This document shows, in pieces, positions 17,235 to 24,885 of a DNA stretch of 64,000 nucleotides. This stretch comes from Candidatus Xenobia bacterium (lineage in GTDB: Bacteria; Vulcanimicrobiota; Xenobia; Xenobiales; QWHO01): NCBI GenBank assembly GCA_045863235.1, contig BTUM01000016.1:1-64000 (forward strand), written 5' to 3'. The notes under the pieces were generated by a model, which saw nothing but the letters and a program-made list of their open reading frames with translations, did not search any database and was not told the DNA's origin. Each line of letters begins with the position of its first letter. Position 1 is the first letter of the stretch. The position numbers were made by a program, and so were the translations under genes.

Positions 17235-19333
17235 GACGCCGCGGCTTCTCAGTCATCGAGTTGCTCTTCGCGGTGGGCTTGATGGCCCTGATCGTGGGGC
17301 TTTCGCTGGTGAGCATGCGCCGGCCCAAAGAGGGCGCCGAGTCCCGCTCCGTAGCCGAAGCAGTGGCCGAGGAACTGCGCCTGGCTCGACTCTCGGCGAT
17401 CTCGCGGCACATCCCGGTAGCCGTTGGATTCCCAAGCGCCAACGGCAGCCGAGCCGTCAGTCAGGGGCTCTATGTACTGGAAGGAGAGGTCAACCCTCGA
17501 CTGACCCGCTCCATCCGCTATTCGGGCGATTTTCCCGGGGCTTTCATCGCCCAGGCCTTCTGGCCGCTGGATAGTGCCCGCATGCACAACCCCGGGCTCG
17601 GGAACAACACCGCCCAGGTCCAGTCCAACTCCAGCTCGGACAATCTCGTGGTCAGCACCTGGGCCCCGACCGCCTATCGGCGCGATACCTTGTTCGTCTT
17701 CACCCCCTCGGGCGCCATCCGGACGAACGGAGCAGTCCACTTCGACGGCAGCTACCACGTCCTGGTCACCCAGGGACTCACCTCGGCCGCCGGCACTCCA
17801 CCCGGGGGAGGGGCCCTGGCCTATTGCCAGCCAAGCCTGGTTTGCCAGCCCTACACCGTCAACATCAGCCTTTCGGGCCAGATCACAGTAACTGCCGGGG
17901 TCACCGCCGGGACCGTGAATGACCTGGCCACACGCATTCCCACCCCTGCTGGGCCCAATCCTCCCACACTGACCATCCCCACCAACGCTCCCCCCACCAT
18001 CCTGGCGGTCGACCTGGCCCCCTCCACCAGCGACACGCTCCCGGGGGGCATCGATCTGCTGGTGGGTCTGGACCAGTACGTGACCCTCCGCACCCGGGCC
18101 AGCGACCCCAATGGAGACTCGCTCTACTGCGTCTGGGAGGCGAGCGGGAATCAGGGGACCTTCTCCTCGGCCACCCAGGACCGTATGGAGTGGGACCCTG
18201 CCCAAAACTGCTGGGTTTCGGTCTGGGAGTGGCGGCCCGACTCCACCATGTCGCTCGACGACCAGGTCGTGCTGACCTGTCGCGTACGCGACCGGAGCCA
18301 GGCTGCCTCGGCAGCCGTGAGCACGGGAGCCCGAACGATTCGACTGGGCCAGCGTGGTCGAGTCGTCTACACCAGCTACAACATCGACTACTGGGGCGAC
18401 GTGGGCATGGTCAACCTGGATGGCACCGGAGAGCGACTGCTCACGAACACCCCCGAGCAGGACGAGCTCGATCCCAGCTACTCTCCCGATGGCAAGCGGA
18501 TCGCCTACGGGGTCTGGGACTCGGACACCTGGTCGGTGGACGTGTGGGTGATGAACTATGATGGAACCGGTGCCTACCAGCTGACCAACACGCCCGACCT
18601 GGACGAGTGGCCACCCTATGAGTGGTCGCCCGACGGCACCCGGCTGGCCTTTTCCGCCGACGACTGGATCACTGGCGATTCGGGCATCTTTGTGCTGTCC
18701 GCGGATGGCAGCAACTCCACCCGGGTTTCTCCCACCAACAGCAACCTCTATTTCTGGGGCCCGACCTGGTCGCGCGACGGTCAAGCGCTGGTTTACGAGG
18801 GGGACGACGGCCTCTACTGGTCCAACGTGCGCACCGGCGCGCCCCCCATTCGCATTCTCTATGCCGATCCCGACAACGTCTGGGTCTATGACTGCGACTG
18901 GTCGCCCAGCTCCAATACCCTGGCCTATATTCGCTCTGATTGGGTGGACGACGAGGTCTACCTCATCGACGTCGTGCCCGGCACCGGGGCAACGAGCAAT
19001 CACCGCCCTCTCTTCTCTCCCCGGCGCACCAGTACCTGGGAATGGGGCCCGGCCTGGAGCGCGTCCGGACTCCTGGCCATGGAGTCGGATGGCAACATCA
19101 TCGTCGCCCCCGCCAGCGGCACCCCGATCACCAACATCACCAACGGCTCCAACTACTCTTACGGTCCGGCCTGGACGCCCCAGGGCAACCTGATCTTCGC
19201 CTCGGACATGAGTAACAAACCCAACGACTTCTGGGATCTCTACCACGCGGCGCCCGACGGCTCGTGGCTGCGGCGATTGACGTCCAACGACGGCGACAAC
19301 TACGTCACAAGACAACCGGCCTCGACTCGATGA
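17231..19333 (+). CDS. Prepilin-type protein fused to an Ig-like segment and a TolB/PD40 beta-propeller
   Basis: MRRRG|FSVIELL class III signal; repeats PSYSPDGKRIAY, WSPDGTRLAF, PTWSRDGQALVY, PAWTPQGNLIF. Confidence 0.85.
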   Translation: MRRRGFSVIELLFAVGLMALIVGLSLVSMRRPKEGAESRSVAEAVAEELRLARLSAISRHIPVAVGFPSANGSRAVSQGLYVLEGEVNPRLTRSIRYSGDFPGAFIAQAFWPLDSARMHNPGLGNNTAQVQSNSSSDNLVVSTWAPTAYRRDTLFVFTPSGAIRTNGAVHFDGSYHVLVTQGLTSAAGTPPGGGALAYCQPSLVCQPYTVNISLSGQITVTAGVTAGTVNDLATRIPTPAGPNPPTLTIPTNAPPTILAVDLAPSTSDTLPGGIDLLVGLDQYVTLRTRASDPNGDSLYCVWEASGNQGTFSSATQDRMEWDPAQNCWVSVWEWRPDSTMSLDDQVVLTCRVRDRSQAASAAVSTGARTIRLGQRGRVVYTSYNIDYWGDVGMVNLDGTGERLLTNTPEQDELDPSYSPDGKRIAYGVWDSDTWSVDVWVMNYDGTGAYQLTNTPDLDEWPPYEWSPDGTRLAFSADDWITGDSGIFVLSADGSNSTRVSPTNSNLYFWGPTWSRDGQALVYEGDDGLYWSNVRTGAPPIRILYADPDNVWVYDCDWSPSSNTLAYIRSDWVDDEVYLIDVVPGTGATSNHRPLFSPRRTSTWEWGPAWSASGLLAMESDGNIIVAPASGTPITNITNGSNYSYGPAWTPQGNLIFASDMSNKPNDFWDLYHAAPDGSWLRRLTSNDGDNYVTRQPASTR

Positions 19334-20103
19334 AGTCCCGGGGGCTGAGCCTGGCCGAGACCGTCCTGGCGGTTTTCATCCTGGTGGGAGCCATGGTGGT
19401 GTTCGCGCTCTTGATGCACTCCATGCTCAACTACGGGACTCGCTCGCAGCAGCGCGCCATGGCCGCCCTGGCAGCCCAGAAGAGGCTCGAGGAGATCCGA
19501 GAGTGGGCCAACACAGGCAATAACTTCTTCACCGGCTGGCCCTCAGACGGCCAGTCCACCACCGACCCGACCTTCCCCGGCATCACGCTGCTCAGTGAGG
19601 TGGAGGATCACCGGCTGCTCTCTCCCAGCACCGAACTCGAGAGCAAGTCGGGCAGTCCGCGCGAGATCGTTGAGAGCTGCAAAAAGGTGCGTGTGACAGC
19701 CAGTTGGGCCCAGGACGACGGACGCCCTCTTCGCCTGGTCACGCTGATGGCCGCCCCCAACCGAGAGCCCAATCCTCAACTGACGCTCTCCGGAGTGGTC
19801 CCGGCCAGCCTCGCTCCGGGAACCAGCTTCACGCAGGGGGTCACGGCACGCGACACCTCAGGCAATCTCCTGCACGATCTCTTCTACCAGTGGTCCAGCC
19901 TTCCCACGGGGGCCAACCCTGGCAACGGCACGGCCGTCAGCGTCACCGCCAACGGCAGCACTGGCCGCTTCACCAACGAGTATCAGCCTCAGAACGGGGG
20001 ACCGGTCCTGACCATCAGCGGGACCTGCAGCATGGGAGTCATCGCTTACTATCGTGGACGAATTCTGCAAGGAGTCTCGGGTGCGTTCCTTCTGCAGCCC
20101 TGA
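19330..20103 (+). CDS. Minor pilin/pseudopilin (PilV/GspI-like)
   Basis: MKSRG|LSLAETVLAVFIL with E5; AQKRLEEIR helix; ATGA overlap. Confidence 0.8.
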   Translation: MKSRGLSLAETVLAVFILVGAMVVFALLMHSMLNYGTRSQQRAMAALAAQKRLEEIREWANTGNNFFTGWPSDGQSTTDPTFPGITLLSEVEDHRLLSPSTELESKSGSPREIVESCKKVRVTASWAQDDGRPLRLVTLMAAPNREPNPQLTLSGVVPASLAPGTSFTQGVTARDTSGNLLHDLFYQWSSLPTGANPGNGTAVSVTANGSTGRFTNEYQPQNGGPVLTISGTCSMGVIAYYRGRILQGVSGAFLLQP

Positions 20104-20671
20104 AGTCGCGCGGTCGGGCTACGGGGTTTCCGGCCGCGCGACCAGGACAGGCGTTTCGCTGGCAGAGGTGATTCTGACCTCGTTCATCGTCTTCATGCTG
20201 CTGGCCACGGTGGCCACCCTGGTGCGGCAGTACCGGGAAGTGCTGACCCACACGCGCTTGAAGGACGCCTCCCTCAGAAGCGCCCTGGGCCTTCAGCAGG
20301 CGGCCAACGAGGCCAGAGAGGCGATCGAGCTGATCACTCCCCCGCCCGGGGTCGGGGGGGCATTCCCCTCGCTCGAGCTGACCCGCATTGATCCCAACAG
20401 CCCCTCCCGCTTTCCCAGTCCCTTGCCGGCCCCCCCGCCCCCTCCCTATGACCCCCGCGTTCCTCTCATCGGCGTTCGCTACACCGTGGACGCAGGCGAG
20501 TTGGTGCGATTCGTTCAGGTCGGCACCCAGGTTTCCCGACAGCTGATCGCCGAGAACGTGCTCGGCTTCACGGCCGAGAACCAGGGGGCAACCTCGGTGA
20601 AGCTCACGCTGCGAGTCCGCGAAGACAAGATGCAGCGGGTCTACGAAGTGCTGTCGGTGGTGCGCCAGTGA
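20081..20671 (+). CDS. Minor pilin/pseudopilin (PilW/GspJ-like)
   Basis: RTG|VSLAEVILTSFIVFMLL; VRYTVD.GELVR..LIAENV motif; GTG start after GGAG. Confidence 0.75.
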   Translation: MRSFCSPEVARSGYGVSGRATRTGVSLAEVILTSFIVFMLLATVATLVRQYREVLTHTRLKDASLRSALGLQQAANEAREAIELITPPPGVGGAFPSLELTRIDPNSPSRFPSPLPAPPPPPYDPRVPLIGVRYTVDAGELVRFVQVGTQVSRQLIAENVLGFTAENQGATSVKLTLRVREDKMQRVYEVLSVVRQ

Positions 20672-21168
20672 CCGCTCGACGCCGCGGAGCGATGCTGGTC
20701 ATCACCCTGTTTCTGGCGGTCCTGTTCCTGATTCTCGGTATGGGCTTCCTGACCCAACGGGTCACCCAGTACCGGGGCTCTTTCCGAGCAGCCGAGGCCG
20801 TTCAGGCCCTGGCCTGCGCCCGGGCCGGTCTGGAGGACGTGCGTACCAAGCTGAACGTGGACTACAACTTCCCGCCGCCGGGAGCTGACGATCAGCCCGT
20901 ATTCAGCTACTGTGAGGTGCTCACAGATCTGGCCAGCAATACCCCGGTGGGAAGCTACACGGTCAGCATCGACACCACCTATCGCCAGGCCCCTTACTCG
21001 CTCTTGCGCATCACCATAGTGGGCCAGGCGGGCGACCCAACCGAGCCGGTGGCCCGCCGCAAGCTGTACGCCGAGTTGGACATCTCCCCGACCCTGCGCG
21101 ACGATCCCACCACGGCCAACCTGGAGTTCTTCAACTTCATCCAGGTCGTCGATCTGGGCAATCTCTGA
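20668..21168 (+). CDS. Minor pilin PilX/GspK-like
   Basis: RRRG|AMLVITLFLAVLFLILG lacking E5, QALACARAGLE motif; GTGA overlap. Confidence 0.78.
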   Translation: MTARRRGAMLVITLFLAVLFLILGMGFLTQRVTQYRGSFRAAEAVQALACARAGLEDVRTKLNVDYNFPPPGADDQPVFSYCEVLTDLASNTPVGSYTVSIDTTYRQAPYSLLRITIVGQAGDPTEPVARRKLYAELDISPTLRDDPTTANLEFFNFIQVVDLGNL

Positions 21169-21194
21169 GGCCGTCAAAACTCCATCAACTCGTA

Positions 21195-21249
21195 GCCACC
21201 GGACTGTAACAGGATGGCAATCTCAGGTTCCCGAGCAGAGACTTACACT
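21195..21249 (+). promoter_or_regulatory. 11-bp-phased direct repeats plus -10 box
   Basis: GCCAC-N6-GTAAC-N6-GCAAT, 22 nt, TACACT, 6 nt, ATG 21256. Confidence 0.55.
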
Positions 21250-21255
21250 GCCGCC

Positions 21256-21861
21256 ATGCAAGTGCGCCCCGCCGAATGGTTCAGCTACAAGCCACGCCAA
21301 CCTGACCCTTTCAAGTCCACCCAGAGCCCGGTGCAAATCCTGCACGAGGAGAATCCTCTGGGCGAGCAGGCTTTCGAAGTCGCCCACGTGGGCACCGACA
21401 TCTTCCTCGACTACGCACACTCAGGTGCGGCCTCCACGGTGGGCGGCGTAGCCGCCGGCGCGGTGGCCCTGATGGGCCTGGGATGGGGCCTCTCACGCCT
21501 GCGCTCGGAGGCCTGGCCCGACAAGGTGGCCGGGGTGGGTCACCTGGCCCTGGCCAGCGCTTCCACCCTGCACGCGGTGGAGCACCTGGCCCACCTGCAC
21601 GTTCCCCACGCCGCCATCGGCGCCTTCGAGGTGGTGCACGGACTGGCCAGTATGGGCCTGGGCCTGAGCGAGCTGATGCGGGCCACGCGCGAAGGGGGGA
21701 GCCTGGAGCGCAAGCTGGTGGGAGCGGGTGAGCTGGCCATGGGCGCGGCCATCACCGGCGCCGGGCTGTTCGGCCATCTGGCCCCCGCCCTCCACATCGT
21801 GGCCGCGGGCGCGCTGGCGGTCAAGGAAGTGGCCCTGAACAAAGACCGCCTGCTGCGGTAA
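21256..21861 (+). CDS. Hypothetical Gly/Ala/His-rich multi-helix membrane protein
   Basis: Polar N-terminus followed by several glycine-zipper-like hydrophobic helices; host-like codon usage. Confidence 0.7.
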   Translation: MQVRPAEWFSYKPRQPDPFKSTQSPVQILHEENPLGEQAFEVAHVGTDIFLDYAHSGAASTVGGVAAGAVALMGLGWGLSRLRSEAWPDKVAGVGHLALASASTLHAVEHLAHLHVPHAAIGAFEVVHGLASMGLGLSELMRATREGGSLERKLVGAGELAMGAAITGAGLFGHLAPALHIVAAGALAVKEVALNKDRLLR

Positions 21862-21906
21862 CAATTCGCTAACAACACGCGGACAAATATTGGCTATGCT
21901 GCGACC

Positions 21907-22977
21907 GTGCCCGCATCAGACGCCAAGAACGCCATGCTCTTTCTGGACCAGGAGGAGCCCGGCCTGGCCCGGGACGTGACCCGTTGCCAGGGACAGGTCC
22001 CCATCGTACGGCTCAACCGCCTGTCCCGGCTCTGCCGCGACCGGGACTGCTATGTCAAGCTCGAGGGCTGCACCCCCAGCGGCTCGATCAAGGAAAAGAA
22101 CGCCGTGCTGCTCGTCGAGCAGGCCGAGCGCGAGGGGCGCTTGCGCCCCGGGGGAACCATCATCGAGTCCAGCTCCGGCAACTTCGGCGTGGGCCTGGCC
22201 ATGGTCGGCGCGGTGCGCGGCTACCAGGTCATGATCGTGATCGACCGCAAGACCACCCCGGCCTTCCGCCGGATGCTGGAGGCCTACGGGGCGACTCTGG
22301 TGGAACTCTCGCCGACCGAGGTGGACGCTACCGGCTCGATGCAGGCGGCCCGCATCCAGCGCGCGCGGGAGCTGGCCGCCTCCATCCCCGGTGCCTGGTA
22401 TCCTTGCCAGCACCACAATCCCGCCAACCCCGACGCCCACGAGTTGTGGACCTCCGAGGAGATTCTCTCGGCCTTCCCCGAGCGACTCGACGCCGTCATC
22501 GCCGGGGTCAGCACGGGCGGCCAGTTGACCGGGCTGGCCCGCGGCCTGCTGCGCCAGCGCCCGAGCCTCAAGCTGGTGGCCGTGGACGTGGAGGGCAGCG
22601 TGATCCTGGGCGGAGCGCCGGGAGCTTACAAGATGACCGGCATGGGCCTCTCCTTCCGTCCTCCCCACCTGGATTATGCCAGTCTCTCCCAGGCCTTCAT
22701 GGTCTCCGACCGGGTCGCGTTCTCGGTCTGCCACGCGCTGGCCCGGACCGAGGGGTTGCTGCTGGGCGCCTCCACCGGGGCCATCGTGGCCGCCGGCCTG
22801 CGGGTGGCCCGTGAGCTGGAGCCCGGCAGTCGCATTCTCATGCTCAGCCCCGACCGCGGGGAACGCTATCTGGATACGGTCTACAGCCCCGCCTGGCTGT
22901 CCGAGAACGGCTTCGAGCTGTTGAGCGGCCCCGACCTGGAGAGCGCCATCCAGGGCCTGCGTTGCACTCTCCTCTGA
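21907..22977 (+). CDS. PLP-dependent cysteine synthase family protein (CysK/CBS/SbnA-like)
   Basis: YVKLEGCTPSGSIKEK, IIESSSGNFGVGLA, GVSTGGQLTG, EGLLLGASTGA, PDRGERYLDTVY. Confidence 0.9.
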   Translation: MPASDAKNAMLFLDQEEPGLARDVTRCQGQVPIVRLNRLSRLCRDRDCYVKLEGCTPSGSIKEKNAVLLVEQAEREGRLRPGGTIIESSSGNFGVGLAMVGAVRGYQVMIVIDRKTTPAFRRMLEAYGATLVELSPTEVDATGSMQAARIQRARELAASIPGAWYPCQHHNPANPDAHELWTSEEILSAFPERLDAVIAGVSTGGQLTGLARGLLRQRPSLKLVAVDVEGSVILGGAPGAYKMTGMGLSFRPPHLDYASLSQAFMVSDRVAFSVCHALARTEGLLLGASTGAIVAAGLRVARELEPGSRILMLSPDRGERYLDTVYSPAWLSENGFELLSGPDLESAIQGLRCTLL

Positions 22978-24233
22978 CCCTGCCCATCCTGCTGCGCCGC
23001 CTGCTGCCCCTGTCGGCCTCCGACATGGCCATGGCCCTGGGCGATCCGCTGGTGGCCATCGCCCTCGCGCGCATGACCGGGCCCGAGATCACCCTGGCAG
23101 CCCTGGGCATCATCAAGGCCCTGGCCAACTTTCTTGAGAGCCCCATCATCATGCTGTTGCACGCCTCCACCGCCCTCTCGGCCAGCCGCCGGTCGCGCCA
23201 GGCGCTGTGGCGCTTCACCTTGCTGGCCGGGTCAGCCCTGACCGCACTGTTTCTGGTCTTGACGCTCCCCCCGGTCTATCGCTTCGTCATGGGCCAGCTC
23301 TTCTCGGCCAGCCCGGCCGTCAGCCAGGCCGGCTGGGCGGCCATGCTGGTGCTGGGCCTGTGGCCCGGGGTGATCGCCTGGCGGCGCTACTTTCAGGGAA
23401 TCTTGATCCGCGAGGGGCGGGGCCGATTTCTAGGGCTGGCCTCGCTGGCTCGCATCGGCTGCCTGAGCGCCCTGCTGATCGTGCTCGGCCGCGCCTGGCC
23501 GGACGGGGCTCTGGTTGCCGCCAGCGCCATCATGGGCGGACTGCTCGCTGAAGCCGCCCTGGTGACCTGGTGGGCCCGCCAGGGCTCGGGCGAGCTGCCC
23601 GACGCCGGGCCCGAGAGCCTGCCCACCACTCTTCGGACGGTGGGCCGCTACTACTTCCCTCTGGCCACCACCATGGTCATCGTCTGGGGAGGACGGGCCG
23701 TGCTGGTCTCCATCCTGGCCCGCGCGGTGGACGGCGAGCTGGCCCTGGCCGCCTGGGCCGGAGGCTGGGGCTTCGTGATCCTGCTGGCCAACTCGACCCG
23801 CATGGTGCAGCAACTGGTCATCACCCACGCCCGCCAGGCACCGCCCGGGCTGCTCGTCCGGCTGGCCCTCACGGCTGGAGCGGTTGCCACGGTGCTGCTG
23901 GTGTTGCTCGGCTTCTCGACCCCCGGTCGCGAGCTGATGGCCCTGCTGCTGGGGGGCGGCGAGCTGGTCGAGCCCGCCCTCTTGATGGTGCGCATCAGCT
24001 GCTGCCTCCCTCTGCTGGTGGCGCTGCAGAACACGGTGCAGGGCTACTGCATCGTCAGCGGCCAGAACCGACGCATCCAGTGGGCCAGCCTGGCGGGAAC
24101 GCTGGTGACGCTGGGGGTCGCCGCGGGGATCGTGTTCTCGGGGGGCTCTGGCCTGGTGGCAGGCGCGGCCAGCGTGCCGGTTGGAGTGCTGGTGGAGATC
24201 CTCTGGCTGTCTCCCGGACGCGGGCGTGGATAG
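22962..24233 (+). CDS. MATE/MOP-superfamily exporter, ANKH-like
   Basis: About 12 TM in two halves; LPLSASD..ALARM..LESPIIMLLH, WRRYFQGILIR, YYFPLATT. Confidence 0.7.
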   Translation: MHSPLTLPILLRRLLPLSASDMAMALGDPLVAIALARMTGPEITLAALGIIKALANFLESPIIMLLHASTALSASRRSRQALWRFTLLAGSALTALFLVLTLPPVYRFVMGQLFSASPAVSQAGWAAMLVLGLWPGVIAWRRYFQGILIREGRGRFLGLASLARIGCLSALLIVLGRAWPDGALVAASAIMGGLLAEAALVTWWARQGSGELPDAGPESLPTTLRTVGRYYFPLATTMVIVWGGRAVLVSILARAVDGELALAAWAGGWGFVILLANSTRMVQQLVITHARQAPPGLLVRLALTAGAVATVLLVLLGFSTPGRELMALLLGGGELVEPALLMVRISCCLPLLVALQNTVQGYCIVSGQNRRIQWASLAGTLVTLGVAAGIVFSGGSGLVAGAASVPVGVLVEILWLSPGRGRG

Positions 24234-24282
24234 CAGGGAGTTACTCAGGATTTTTTCGGCTCCCCCGGGTAAACTGAGGAGC

Positions 24283-24786
24283 ATGAACGTGCGCTCGTTC
24301 CTGGGACTACCGGCCCGGCCGGGAAGAATCCCGCCCAACCTGACAGCCGCGGAGCGGTACGCGCATCTGGAGCAACACGACCAGCTCGCGCGGACAGAAA
24401 CCTCCCGGCTGGGCCAGTTGCATTCGTATGCAGGCCACGCGCTCCGGGGTGGCCTTGCGCTCGCGTTCGCGGGAGCAGCCCTGAGTACCGCCTGGACGAC
24501 GGCCGGCCAGGTCATTGGGGGCGTGGGCCTGGCAGTGTGCGCCGCCTGTTGGGCCTCCCGGTTTGTGTTGGTGAGGGCCCACGAGATTGCTGACAGCCAC
24601 CGCGCGAACGTGCGCCAGGCCCTGGAACGGGCTCGAGAAGGTCTGAATCAGCTCGAGGGCGCTGCCCAGGAGAAGGACAAGGTGCTACGCCAGAGCGTGG
24701 TGGGGCTGATGCAGGCCCCCAGCGCTTCGCTGGAAGAGAAGAACGGCTACCTGGTGATGCCCGGGGTCCGGCTGCGGACCCGCTAA
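24283..24786 (+). CDS. Hypothetical protein with hydrophobic hairpin flanked by coiled coils
   Basis: TAAACT 7 nt upstream of ATG; two adjacent TM helices; C-terminal coiled coil. Confidence 0.7.
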   Translation: MNVRSFLGLPARPGRIPPNLTAAERYAHLEQHDQLARTETSRLGQLHSYAGHALRGGLALAFAGAALSTAWTTAGQVIGGVGLAVCAACWASRFVLVRAHEIADSHRANVRQALERAREGLNQLEGAAQEKDKVLRQSVVGLMQAPSASLEEKNGYLVMPGVRLRTR

Positions 24787-24816
24787 TGTGCTCGCACTTT
24801 GGTTTTGCACATTAGC
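24782..24816. terminator. Inverted repeat between convergent genes (putative bidirectional terminator)
   Basis: GCTAATGTGC-N15-GCACATTAGC, perfect 10-bp stem. Confidence 0.5.
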
Positions 24817-24885
24817 ACAATCTGACGAACGCGCCGGAACTGCGTTCCAGCGCGTTGTAAAGTGCAAGACCAAAGGCCTTGCACT

